From NCBI GenBank assembly GCA_023396915.1, contig JAEWUV010000003.1, positions 1 through 59,213 of the forward strand: a stretch of 59,213 bases of DNA, written 5' to 3'. The stretch comes from Candidatus Parcubacteria bacterium (GTDB lineage: Bacteria > Patescibacteriota > Microgenomatia > UBA12405). Each line of letters opens with the position of its first letter. The stretch's first letter is position 1. Under the pieces are notes generated by a model, which ran no database searches, was not told where the DNA came from, and saw only the letters and a list, made by a program, of their open reading frames with translations. Below, in pieces: positions 17,297 to 25,817 of the stretch. Position numbers and translations under genes: made by a program.

Positions 17297-18577
17297 ATGA
17301 TTAAAAAGATTTTGGATGATGGTCGGATAGAGAGTTTTATAAAAACAGAAGAGTTGCTGGAATGGCAGGAACGAGTAAGTGAAGCGCATGTAAAGATTCA
17401 CGAAAAAACAGGTGAAGGGAATGAGTTTTTAGGATGGTTGGATCTGCCGGTTAATTACGATAAAGATGAATTAAAAAGAATAAAAGAGACGGCGGAAAAA
17501 ATCAGAAATGACAGTGAAGTTTTGGTGGTGATAGGGATTGGAGGTCCATATTTGGCTTCTAAACCAATAATTGAAGCTTTGGGTGGGGACGGAAAAGTAC
17601 AGATTTATTACATTGGTAATAATTTGAGTTCAATAGAGTTGAATAAATTGCTAAAAAAAATTGAAGGGAAAGAGGTGTCGTTAAATGTAATTTCTAAATC
17701 AGGAACGACATTAGAAACAAGTTTGGCTTTTAAAATTTTGAGAGAATGGATAGAGAAAAAATATTGGAGTAATCCAACAGAAAGAATTTATGCCACAACT
17801 GACAAGGAGAAAGGGATTTTAAAAAAGTTGGCTGATGAGAAGGGTTATGCTACTTTTGTGGTGCCGGATGATGTGGGAGGAAGATTTTCATTTTTAACAG
17901 CAGTGGGTTTGTTGCCAATGGCAGTGGCGGGAGTTGATATTGATGAATTAATTAGGGGAGCGGCTGAGGCCAGAGAAGATTTTTTAAATGAGGATATTTT
18001 GGAAAATGAGGCGTATAAAATGGCGGTTTATCGAAATATTTTATATCAAAGAGGAAAGCTAATAGAAATTTTGAGTTGTTGGGAACCAAGTTTGGCTTAT
18101 GTGGCTGAATGGTGGAAACAACTTTTTGGGGAAAGTGAAGGTAAAAATGGGAAAGGAATTTTCCCTGCTTCAGTAATATTCAGTACCGATTTACATTCGA
18201 TGGGGCAATATATCCAAGACGGAAACAGAATTTTATTTGAAACGGTTTTGTCGGTAACCGAAGAAAAGGAAAGAATAATGATTACCAAAGACCCATCTGA
18301 TGTTGATGGCTTAAATTATTTAGCCGGAAAAACATTAGATGAAGTAAGTAAAAAAGCGATGGAGGCAACAGTGATGGCACATACGGATGGTGGAGTACCG
18401 AATATAATTTTAAGGCTACCAAGACTGGATGAATATAATTTAGGGTATTTGTTTTACTTTTTTGAAAAAACTTGTGCCATGAGTGCTTATTTATTAGGAG
18501 TAAATCCTTTTGATCAGCCAGGAGTGGAGGCCTACAAGAAAAATATGTTTAAGCTTTTAGGAAAACCGGGATATTAA
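17297..18577 (+). CDS. pgi: Glucose-6-phosphate isomerase (short bacterial/archaeal type)
   Basis: [58 protein letters not shown]. The track ORF starts at TTG 17279; ATG at 17297 is preferred. Confidence 0.9.
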   Translation: MIKKILDDGRIESFIKTEELLEWQERVSEAHVKIHEKTGEGNEFLGWLDLPVNYDKDELKRIKETAEKIRNDSEVLVVIGIGGPYLASKPIIEALGGDGKVQIYYIGNNLSSIELNKLLKKIEGKEVSLNVISKSGTTLETSLAFKILREWIEKKYWSNPTERIYATTDKEKGILKKLADEKGYATFVVPDDVGGRFSFLTAVGLLPMAVAGVDIDELIRGAAEAREDFLNEDILENEAYKMAVYRNILYQRGKLIEILSCWEPSLAYVAEWWKQLFGESEGKNGKGIFPASVIFSTDLHSMGQYIQDGNRILFETVLSVTEEKERIMITKDPSDVDGLNYLAGKTLDEVSKKAMEATVMAHTDGGVPNIILRLPRLDEYNLGYLFYFFEKTCAMSAYLLGVNPFDQPGVEAYKKNMFKLLGKPGY

Positions 18578-18606
18578 GGTAAATTTTTTATTTTTTGTAA
18601 ATCTTT

Positions 18607-18665
18607 GCTATCAATTTTTCTGTTCAGTCAATGCTGCGCGTTGAAATTCACCGAAAAATTATAGC
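18607..18665. repeat. Family-Q repeat, short diverged copy
   Basis: gctatcaattttt...ttcagtcaatgctgcgcgttgaaattcaccgaaaaattatagc. The AT-rich arms are inverted, and the core aligns with the right half of 7861-7940. Confidence 0.55.
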
Positions 18666-18693
18666 TGCAGATTTTTTAATAAAAATTATTGAA

Positions 18694-18758
18694 GGCTCCC
18701 TTTCATCAAGGGGAGCTGTCGACCCCGCAACTGCGGGGGAGACTGAGGGGTTTGGGTT
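18694..18758. repeat. Family-P repeat (two hairpins)
   Basis: CTCCCtttcatcaaGGGGAG and CCCCGCaactGCGGGG, followed by a gactgaggggtttgggtt tail. Confidence 0.75.
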
Positions 18759-18776
18759 AGTGTATAATAGGTTTTG

Positions 18777-19850
18777 ATGAATTTGGTAAAGATACCGATT
18801 TTAATTGATCCACATACCCATTGTCGTGATTTTGAACAAGCCAATAAAGAAACTTTTTTAACTGCTTCGCAAGCGGCTTTGGCCGGAGGATATGGCTATA
18901 TTTCGGATATGCCAAATCACAGTCATCCGATTGTTGATAAAAAAACTTTGGATGAATTGAGGCAATTAGCCAGTAAACAAATTGTAACTGATTTGGGAAT
19001 TTATTTAGGAGTAACGGCTCAAACAGCTGAAATGGCTGGTAAAAATTTTAAAGAATGCATGAATGAGGTAAGAGGTTTGAAGATCTATATGGGAGATACT
19101 ACCGGTGGTTATATTGTCGACAAAGATAGTGATTTAGATAAAATTTTTAGAGCTTGGGAGAGTGAAAAACCAATTTTAGTTCATATTGAAGGTGATACTT
19201 TGATAAAAGCTTTGAGTTTGGCGGAAAAATATAAAAGAAATTTGTATGTCTGTCATGTTTATAAAAAAAGTGAGTTGGAATTAATTGATAAATTTCGGCA
19301 GAGGCGATCCAATAATATTTGGGTGGAAGTAACGCCACATCATTTATTTTTGCGAGATGAAACGGTGGGTAATAATCCTTTTTTGCAAATGAAACCACCA
19401 TTATCGTCTGATGAAGATGTGGCTGCTTTGTGGGAAGCATTAGTAAATGGAGAAATTAATACTATTGGGACTGATCATGCGCCTCATACAATTGAAGAAA
19501 AGAAAAGTGAAAAGCCACCATTCGGAGTGCCGGGTTTAGAGACTACAGCAGTTTTGTTGTTACAAGCGGAAAAGATGGGCAGAATAAGTCGGGGAAAAAT
19601 AATTGAACTGACACATACTAACCCGATTAAAATTTTTGGATTGGATAATAGTAGATATGAAAATTCTTTTGTTTACCTAGAAGAAGGGGATTTTGTCATA
19701 CAAAATGAAGGTTTAAAAACTAAATGTGGCTGGACACCTTTTGAGGGAAGAAAAGTATCGCATAGAGTAAGTGAAGTAGAATTTGCTGGTAAAACAGTTT
19801 TCAAAAACGGGGAAATATTAGTTAATCCCGGACAAGGAGAAATAAGATGA
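18777..19850 (+). CDS. pyrC: Dihydroorotase-type cyclic amidohydrolase
   Basis: IDPHTHCRDF metal-binding HxH, AALAGGYGYISDMPN, LKIYMG, GTDHAPHTIEEK. The stop overlaps the pyrD start (ATGA). Confidence 0.75.
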   Translation: MNLVKIPILIDPHTHCRDFEQANKETFLTASQAALAGGYGYISDMPNHSHPIVDKKTLDELRQLASKQIVTDLGIYLGVTAQTAEMAGKNFKECMNEVRGLKIYMGDTTGGYIVDKDSDLDKIFRAWESEKPILVHIEGDTLIKALSLAEKYKRNLYVCHVYKKSELELIDKFRQRRSNNIWVEVTPHHLFLRDETVGNNPFLQMKPPLSSDEDVAALWEALVNGEINTIGTDHAPHTIEEKKSEKPPFGVPGLETTAVLLLQAEKMGRISRGKIIELTHTNPIKIFGLDNSRYENSFVYLEEGDFVIQNEGLKTKCGWTPFEGRKVSHRVSEVEFAGKTVFKNGEILVNPGQGEIR

Positions 19851-21430
19851 AGTTTTTAGGTAAAAATATTAGTGGTAGATTTACTATTCCATCTGGAATC
19901 GTTGGAACTGAAGTAGCGACTATAAAAAGATTGGCGCAGGTAAAAGAAATTGGAGTTTTAACAACTAAAAGTATTAGTTTAGAACCAAGGCAGGGGAACA
20001 GAGAGCCGATTTTTGCCCAATTAGAACCGGGAACTTTTATCAATGCCGTTGGTTTGGCAAACCCAGGGGCAGAGGAATTTAGAAAAAGATTAGGTGATTG
20101 GCAAGTACCCGAGGATAAATTTTTATTAATATCAATTGTGGGTAAAAATGATGATGAATTTGTAAAAGTGGCAGAAATTTTAAAAGATAAAGCTGATGGT
20201 TTTGAAGTAAACGTGTCTTGTCCTCACGGGGTGAACATGGGGCAATCGGTGGGGAGTGATTTTGAAATGGTAGAAAGAATTGTAAAAAGGATTAAAGAGT
20301 TTGGTAAACCGGTGGTAGTAAAAATTTCACCTAATTTGGATGTAGATAAAAGTGTGGCGGCAGCGGTCGATGGCGGAGCGGTGGGAATTGCGGCGATTAA
20401 TACTGTTGGTCCGTTTGAGTCGGATATTTTATCTTTTGGTCGGGGTGGAATGTCGGGTAAAAAGGCCTTAGAAAAAGGAGTTGAAGTAATTACTGAGGTT
20501 AAAAAATTAGCGAAAGATGGTTTAGTAATTATCGCCAGTGGAGGAATATCAGTAGCGGCAGATGCCAAAAGATATTTAGAAGCTGGAGCTGATATTTTGT
20601 CAGTAGGATCGGTATTGGCAGGGATGACAACCGATGAAATTGAGGAATATTTTAAGAGATTAGAACAAGATATTAATGGGGGAACTGATGAGGCTTCTAA
20701 GTTAATTAAAAGAGAATTAAATATGGAATATCAAGATATGGAAGTGGTAGAAAATATTAAATTGACTGATGATTTGTGTAAATTAAAATTAAATAAACCG
20801 TTTATAGCCCAACCGGGGCAGTTTGTAATGTTTTTTGTAGCGGGAAGTGGGGAAAAACCATTCTCTTTTTATAATAAGTCCGGGGAAAATTTAGAGATTT
20901 TGTGCAGTAAAAGAGGTTGTTTGACGGAAAAAATGTTTGAATTAAAACCGGGTGATAAAGTAAAAGTTCGGGGTCCTTATGGAAAACCGTTAAATATTGC
21001 CAAAGACAAAAAGATTTTGTTTGTGGCCGGGGGGACAGGGATAGCGGCGTCAAAAGCTTTTTTTGAAACTTATGAAAATATGACTTTGATGGTTGGGGCC
21101 AGATCAGGTTGTCGGTTATCAGGGATTGATAAGTGGCAAGGAAAAGGGGTTTTAATGTGCTATACCGATGACGGGACTTTTGGAACCAAGGGTTTGGCGA
21201 CTAATGATGTCAAAAGAATAGTTGATGAATTTACTCCTGATTATATTTTGGCTTGTGGGCCAGAAGTGATGAACCAAAGTTTGATAGCCGCACTCTCCGA
21301 AGAAGATTTAAAGAAAACTTATTTGATGAGAGAAAATGAGACTAAATGTGGAGTAGGTATATGTGGCAGGTGTGCTGATGCACATGGCAATAGATATTGC
21401 GTAGATGGATATAGAGCGGAGAGAAATTAA
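19847..21430 (+). CDS. pyrD: Dihydroorotate dehydrogenase (class 1B catalytic domain) fused to a PyrK-like FAD/[2Fe-2S] electron-transfer domain
   Basis: N-terminal ~300 aa: NAVGLANPG, NVSCPHG, GGMSGKKAL, IASGGI. C-terminal ~220 aa: PGQFVMFFV...EKPFSF, VRGPYGKP, LFVAGGTGIA, ACGPEVM, KCGVGICGRCA...YCVDG. Confidence 0.8.
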   Translation: MKFLGKNISGRFTIPSGIVGTEVATIKRLAQVKEIGVLTTKSISLEPRQGNREPIFAQLEPGTFINAVGLANPGAEEFRKRLGDWQVPEDKFLLISIVGKNDDEFVKVAEILKDKADGFEVNVSCPHGVNMGQSVGSDFEMVERIVKRIKEFGKPVVVKISPNLDVDKSVAAAVDGGAVGIAAINTVGPFESDILSFGRGGMSGKKALEKGVEVITEVKKLAKDGLVIIASGGISVAADAKRYLEAGADILSVGSVLAGMTTDEIEEYFKRLEQDINGGTDEASKLIKRELNMEYQDMEVVENIKLTDDLCKLKLNKPFIAQPGQFVMFFVAGSGEKPFSFYNKSGENLEILCSKRGCLTEKMFELKPGDKVKVRGPYGKPLNIAKDKKILFVAGGTGIAASKAFFETYENMTLMVGARSGCRLSGIDKWQGKGVLMCYTDDGTFGTKGLATNDVKRIVDEFTPDYILACGPEVMNQSLIAALSEEDLKKTYLMRENETKCGVGICGRCADAHGNRYCVDGYRAERN

Positions 21431-21916
21431 ACCCTTCCTAAATCCTTCCCTTGACAGGGCAGGACTTTAATTCATTTATTAAATTTTTTCTAACCTTTTC
21501 TACTTGCTCCAGTATTTCTTCATTAGTAAATCTAATTGTTTTGATACCACAAACCCTTAAAAAACCATCTCTGGCTTTATCTCTTTCTAATTTATTATTA
21601 TGAGAACAACCATCAACTTCAATAGCCAAACTTAATTCAGAACAATAAAAATCAACCACAAACCTATCAATTGGTTTTTGTCTGACAGATTTATATCCTG
21701 TTTGTTTTCTTCTCAACACTTCATTCCACAATTTTTCTTCTGCCTTCGTTTCATTCTTTCTATTTTTTCTCGCTGCCCAAGTCAAAGAATCACGATATCT
21801 CAAATGATATTTTTTAGTTTTAGCTTCAAATACTACACGAGATTTCATAAAATAATTATGAATCATTGTCCCCTTGCCCTGTCAAGGGAAAGGGGGTTAG
21901 GGGGATAGGGTTTGAA
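21429..21916. mobile_element. Putative DUF559 cassette bounded by inverted family-P half-repeats
   Basis: The left half (21429-21467) and right half (21869-21916) are mutually inverted and enclose only the DUF559 ORF. The same two halves sit 8 bp apart at 2168-2252. Confidence 0.4.
21438..21866 (-). CDS. DUF559 endonuclease-domain protein
   Basis: ETKAEEKLWNEVLRRKQTGYKSVRQKPIDRFVVDFYCSELSLAIEVDGCSHN...IKTIRFTNEEIL. The last codons (SCPVKGRI*) are supplied by the repeat. Confidence 0.85.
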   Translation of the reverse strand: MIHNYFMKSRVVFEAKTKKYHLRYRDSLTWAARKNRKNETKAEEKLWNEVLRRKQTGYKSVRQKPIDRFVVDFYCSELSLAIEVDGCSHNNKLERDKARDGFLRVCGIKTIRFTNEEILEQVEKVRKNLINELKSCPVKGRI

Positions 21917-21917
21917 T

Positions 21918-22757
21918 TCAGGTTTTGTGTTTGAGTTTCGAGAAAAGGAAGAAGACAAACCAGATAAAGGCGATGAGAGCGAGAGGAGAGAGAGGAAGAA
22001 CAAAGAAAGAACTGGAAAAGACTGGGGTGTTGAGAGATGAGTTTAGTTGGATTGTAGTAGTGTAGTGGCCGGGCCAAAGAGGAGTATTGAGAGTGCAGGT
22101 TTGGTTATCGCAGGAAAATTTACGATAGTAGTTGGCTAAAACGTTTTGAGAATCTAATTCTAGTTCTTTGACAACCTTTTCGCCTTTGGTAATAGTGATT
22201 TTGCCGGCAGTTTTAAAAAAATAATTACTGTTATTTTGGATTTGTCCATTAAATTTAATTGGCGTTAAAAATACATCTTTAATTTTTGGAGTAATAGAAA
22301 GCTTTTGGATAGAGCCAGAAGTTTCTGGATTTTCAGTGTCGGAGACGCTAAGGAGAACGTGAGAACCGATTTGGCCTGTGGTTTGGGTAATATTAGTGTC
22401 ATTAGCAGTCATTTGATTAGTCTGATAGACAAAGAAGGTAGAATAGTAATCGGCTAACTTTGTTTGGGGAGTAGTGGTAATTTTTAAAACTAGTTGTTTT
22501 GTTTCGTTGGCTTTTAAAGAAAATGGTTGACCGAGTTGGATATCGGCGTTGTTGAGAGAGAAAATTACATTGGGATTTGAAATTAAATCAGAGTAAGTAA
22601 CAGAACCGTTGTCGCCGGTAGGCAAGAAAGGTAAAACTTTGGTGTTAACAGTGATTGGTTGATCAGAGTTATTAGTAACTTCGTAGGCTTGGGTTAAGGT
22701 GACATTTGGTTTGAGGACAAATTCGACTTGAGGGGGGGATAAAGAGAGATTAAACAT
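21918..22757 (-). CDS. Ig-fold protein with C-terminal TM anchor, DUF916-like, small paralog of 9497-10483
   Basis: PPQVEFVLKPNVTLTQAYEVTNNSDQPITVNT, FSLKANETKQLVLKITT, PGHYTTTIQLN, TM LALIAFIWFVFFLFS followed by KLKHKT. It sits 2 nt downstream of 22760-23548. Confidence 0.5.
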   Translation of the reverse strand: MFNLSLSPPQVEFVLKPNVTLTQAYEVTNNSDQPITVNTKVLPFLPTGDNGSVTYSDLISNPNVIFSLNNADIQLGQPFSLKANETKQLVLKITTTPQTKLADYYSTFFVYQTNQMTANDTNITQTTGQIGSHVLLSVSDTENPETSGSIQKLSITPKIKDVFLTPIKFNGQIQNNSNYFFKTAGKITITKGEKVVKELELDSQNVLANYYRKFSCDNQTCTLNTPLWPGHYTTTIQLNSSLNTPVFSSSFFVLPLSPLALIAFIWFVFFLFSKLKHKT

Positions 22758-22759
22758 AG

Positions 22760-23548
22760 CTAGTATTTTGGTATAGCAATTAAATTAATAAGGTTTTGAT
22801 AAGTGCCGGCGGGTTGGTAGGGAGAGATGTTGATTTTGTAAGTGATTAGGGCGGAGTGGTCGGTAACAGAGGAGTTTTCAGACATAAAAACAACCGGTTG
22901 TTGGCTTTGGGAGGTGGCGGCGAAAGGTCGGAAATAAGTGGAATCGGTAAAGTAGGCAGAAGTGCCGTCGCCGGTGGCGTTAAAACCAAAACCGTGGTTG
23001 GATGATTGGGTCCAAGCACCGGAAGTAGAAACAGAACAGGAGGTGTCGCAATTTGTGGCAGGAATGGTGGAGGAATTAATTGTTTGAAGTTGGTGGTTAG
23101 CAATGGCCAAAATTTCGTAACCGTGACCAGAGGGGCTGGTGATGGTAATGGTGTTAGTTTGAGTAGTGCCGACATTAGGGGTTAATGATCCGAAATCGAG
23201 GTCAAGATCACTTATAGCAAAAGAGAATTTATTAAAAGTGTCATAAATATATTGGAAACCAGCCTTGACAGTGTAACCAGTTGAGGTAAATTTGCCGGGG
23301 GCATTTTGACCGACAGTATCGGTAAGTTGATAATTAGTAGAAGTTTTTTTACCACTGGTCATATTAAAATTACCCCAGTCAATATGGTAACTGGCGGAAT
23401 CAAAAGTTTGAGCAAGTGAGATTGTAGGTTGCAGGTTGTAGGTCGTAGAAAAAACAAGTAAAAATAAAAACCAGAATTTAAGTCTCCCTTTTGTCAAAGG
23501 GAGAAGCGTCCCGCAGCTGCGGGACGAGAGGGATTTATGATTCTTCAT
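22760..23548 (-). CDS. Secreted surface protein sharing the C-terminal module of 10499-13375; ends AGTYQNLINLIAIPKY
   Basis: DFGSLTPN..., GYEILA, IPATNCDTSCS, WTQSSNHGFGF, QPAGTYQNLINLIA. The track ORF starts at 23569; ATG 23548 (MKNHK) is preferred. Codons 5-23 are encoded by a family-P repeat. Confidence 0.65.
   Translation of the reverse strand: MKNHKSLSSRSCGTLLPLTKGRLKFWFLFLLVFSTTYNLQPTISLAQTFDSASYHIDWGNFNMTSGKKTSTNYQLTDTVGQNAPGKFTSTGYTVKAGFQYIYDTFNKFSFAISDLDLDFGSLTPNVGTTQTNTITITSPSGHGYEILAIANHQLQTINSSTIPATNCDTSCSVSTSGAWTQSSNHGFGFNATGDGTSAYFTDSTYFRPFAATSQSQQPVVFMSENSSVTDHSALITYKINISPYQPAGTYQNLINLIAIPKY
23478..23536. repeat. Family-P repeat (two hairpins) inside the 5' end of a CDS
   Basis: CTCCCTTTtgtcAAAGGGAG and GTCCCGCagctGCGGGAC, followed by gagagggattt. 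Confidence 0.85.
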
Positions 23549-24182
23549 CGCTTTGAGAGTCGACTTCATCTTTGAGTTTTTCAGAAGAATTAAGAAGGGA
23601 TTTTGCCGAATCTTTGATATATTTTAATTTTTCTTTTTGGGTAGGTTGAAGAGGAGTGGACAGTAATTCAGAACAATTATCGATAATTTGGCAAATGCCT
23701 GTTTTAAATTTAAGACTTAACCACAACAAAACATTTGTTTCATCAAAACTAATGTCATTTTCAACTTTGGTTTTGTCTAAGTATTGTTTACCGATAAACC
23801 AAGAAAGAGGAGTGATTAAAAGTAAGGAAAACAAAGGAATTAATGATTCGGGAGAATCAAGAGACTGAGAGAGTAATAAAATTAAAATTAAAGAAAGACT
23901 AAGAGTAATTGTTGGTGGGTTTTGAAAAGCAACAGTAAAAAGTAAAAAATAGATTAAGAAAAAGAAGGGGGAACTAAGACCACTAGTATAGAAAACGGTT
24001 AGAGAAATTATAAAGGCGATTAAGTGAAGGGAAAAGTGTTTTTTAAAAAGGGAGATAAAAATAAAGATTGTAGAGACTAGAGCGATGATTTGAGGAATAA
24101 AGTTTGATAAGGAGGAAACAGAAATTAGATAAGCGGCAAAAGAAGAAAATAGGAAAAATAAAATGCTAATAATTTGGGTCAT
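23535..24182 (-). CDS. Polytopic membrane protein with cytoplasmic helical tail, unknown function
   Basis: Five to six hydrophobic segments, then ...TQKEKLKYIKDSAKSLLNSSEKLKDEVDSQSDEES. Confidence 0.5.
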   Translation of the reverse strand: MTQIISILFFLFSSFAAYLISVSSLSNFIPQIIALVSTIFIFISLFKKHFSLHLIAFIISLTVFYTSGLSSPFFFLIYFLLFTVAFQNPPTITLSLSLILILLLSQSLDSPESLIPLFSLLLITPLSWFIGKQYLDKTKVENDISFDETNVLLWLSLKFKTGICQIIDNCSELLSTPLQPTQKEKLKYIKDSAKSLLNSSEKLKDEVDSQSDEES

Positions 24183-24203
24183 TAATATAGTATAGAATAA
24201 TTT

Positions 24204-24818
24204 ATGTTAATGGAGAAGTTGAGGAAATTTAAATGGATTGATGGATTACTGATTTTGGGTATTTTATTAGTGATTGCTGGAATTGGAATGAATTTTAAAG
24301 ATAGTTTTTGGGAAAAGGCGGAGGTGAAATTGACTTCTAAGAATATTTCAGCAACACCGACTATTGATATAGAAGTTTCTAGTAAAGTAATGATTGATGT
24401 GGGTGGAGAGGTAATGAAACCCGGGGTTTATGAACTAGATAAAGATAGTCGGGTTAATGATGCTTTGGTAGTGGCCGGTGGTTTGTCAGCTAAGGCGGAC
24501 AGAGATTGGGTAGAGAAAAATTTAAATAAAGCAGAAAAAATAATTGATGGGCAGAAAATTTATATTCCAAAAATTGGGGAAGAAATAAAAACAGAAAGTG
24601 TATTGGGAAGTAGTACTAGTGCAAGTAAAATAGTTCGAATTAACACAGCAACAATAGATCAGTTAGATACTCTAAGTGGAATTGGTCCGGCTATGGCGCA
24701 AAGAATAATTGATTATAGAGAAGCAAATAGTGGGTTTAAGAGTATTGAAGAGTTGAAGTTGGTAAGTGGAATTGGAGATAAATTGTTTGAAAAGATTAAG
24801 GATGATGTGGCACTGTAG
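24204..24818 (+). CDS. comEA: ComEA DNA receptor (SLBB + tandem helix-hairpin-helix)
   Basis: TM anchor, GEVMKPGVYELDKDSRVNDALVVAGG, INTATIDQLDTLSGIGPAMAQRIIDYR...ELKLVSGIGDKLFEKIK. Confidence 0.85.
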   Translation: MLMEKLRKFKWIDGLLILGILLVIAGIGMNFKDSFWEKAEVKLTSKNISATPTIDIEVSSKVMIDVGGEVMKPGVYELDKDSRVNDALVVAGGLSAKADRDWVEKNLNKAEKIIDGQKIYIPKIGEEIKTESVLGSSTSASKIVRINTATIDQLDTLSGIGPAMAQRIIDYREANSGFKSIEELKLVSGIGDKLFEKIKDDVAL

Positions 24819-24852
24819 ATTGGGATATAAAAATTTTTTAATTTTAGTTTTT

Positions 24853-24879
24853 AGACTTCTCCCTTTTTTAAGGGGAGAT
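24853..24879. repeat. Family-P single hairpin unit
   Basis: tCTCCCttttttaaGGGGAGa, immediately before the comEC start. Confidence 0.5.
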
Positions 24880-25813
24880 GCTGAATGAAATGAAGCAGAG
24901 AGGTTTAAATAGAATTTGGTTAGGGTTTTGTATTTTTGCCGTAATTCTGATTTACAAGTTTATAAAAAGGGATAGTTTGATAGGGGTGGTGTATCAAAGT
25001 TTGCCAGGGGTAGAGGCGGGGCTGTTGAACGGAATGTTGTGGGGAGATAAGACAGGGTTTAGTCGTGACTTTTATAATCAGCTTAAAAATAGTGGCTTGG
25101 TGCATTTGGTGGTGGTTTCGGGGAGCAATATGATTTTGGTGTTTAAGGGATTGGTTGAAAGTTTGGCAAGATGGTTGGGAAGGAAAAAGGCGATAGGATT
25201 GGGGTTTTTAATAGCAATATTGTATCTTGATATTGTGGGTTGGGAGATACCAGTGGTGAGGGCGATGATATTGGTGTCAGTGATGTATTGGGCACAGATT
25301 TTGGGAAGAAAATATAATTTAGTTAGAGGTTTGATTTTGAGTCTATTAATAATAGTATTGGCCTGGCCGGGATCACTAGGTGAGGTTAGCTTTTGGTTAA
25401 GTTTTTTGGCGTTTGTGGGGGTGGTGACAAGTCCTTGGAAGGGAATATTACTTTCAAGTTTCTGGGTAAGTTTATGGATTAGCCCGATAATGGGATTGTT
25501 TTTTGGGAAAATTAACTTAATAAGTCCGATAAGTAATCTTCTAGTAATGTTGACGGTAGAAACGATTACAGTAATTGGCTTTTTGGGCTCGATAGTTGGG
25601 GTTGTTTTGCCTATTTTTGGGAAAATAATTCTTTTAACTATTTGGCCACTTTTAAAATATTTTACGGTGGTGGTAGAGTTGATAGGGAATTGGGGGTGGG
25701 TAAATTTGGATGTTAGTTTTAATATTTTGATATTGTTAGGGTGGTATATGATATTAATTTATTTTTGTCTTAACCCTTGCCCTGTCAAGGGAAAGGGGAG
25801 GGTTAGGGTTTGA
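24878..25813 (+). CDS. comEC: ComEC/Rec2 competence (membrane channel) domain, ORF ends inside a repeat
   Basis: LLNGMLWGDKTGFSRDFYNQLKNSGLVHLVVVSGSNMILV plus multiple TM helices. The last 13 codons NPCPVKGKGRVRV* come from the family-P repeat. Confidence 0.8.
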   Translation: MLNEMKQRGLNRIWLGFCIFAVILIYKFIKRDSLIGVVYQSLPGVEAGLLNGMLWGDKTGFSRDFYNQLKNSGLVHLVVVSGSNMILVFKGLVESLARWLGRKKAIGLGFLIAILYLDIVGWEIPVVRAMILVSVMYWAQILGRKYNLVRGLILSLLIIVLAWPGSLGEVSFWLSFLAFVGVVTSPWKGILLSSFWVSLWISPIMGLFFGKINLISPISNLLVMLTVETITVIGFLGSIVGVVLPIFGKIILLTIWPLLKYFTVVVELIGNWGWVNLDVSFNILILLGWYMILIYFCLNPCPVKGKGRVRV

Positions 25814-25814
25814 A
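25772..25814. repeat. Family-P half-repeat at the junction of the two comEC-derived ORFs
   Basis: aacccttgccctgtcaagggaaaggggagggttagggtttgaa, same type and orientation as 21869-21916. Confidence 0.85.
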
Positions 25815-25817
25815 TTT

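Noticed and set aside
2168-25814. CRISPR array interpretation of the recurring palindromic repeats
   Set aside because: Copies are dispersed over 23 kb with irregular spacing and orientation and variable sequence. There are no unique spacers of constant length, and no cas genes in the window.
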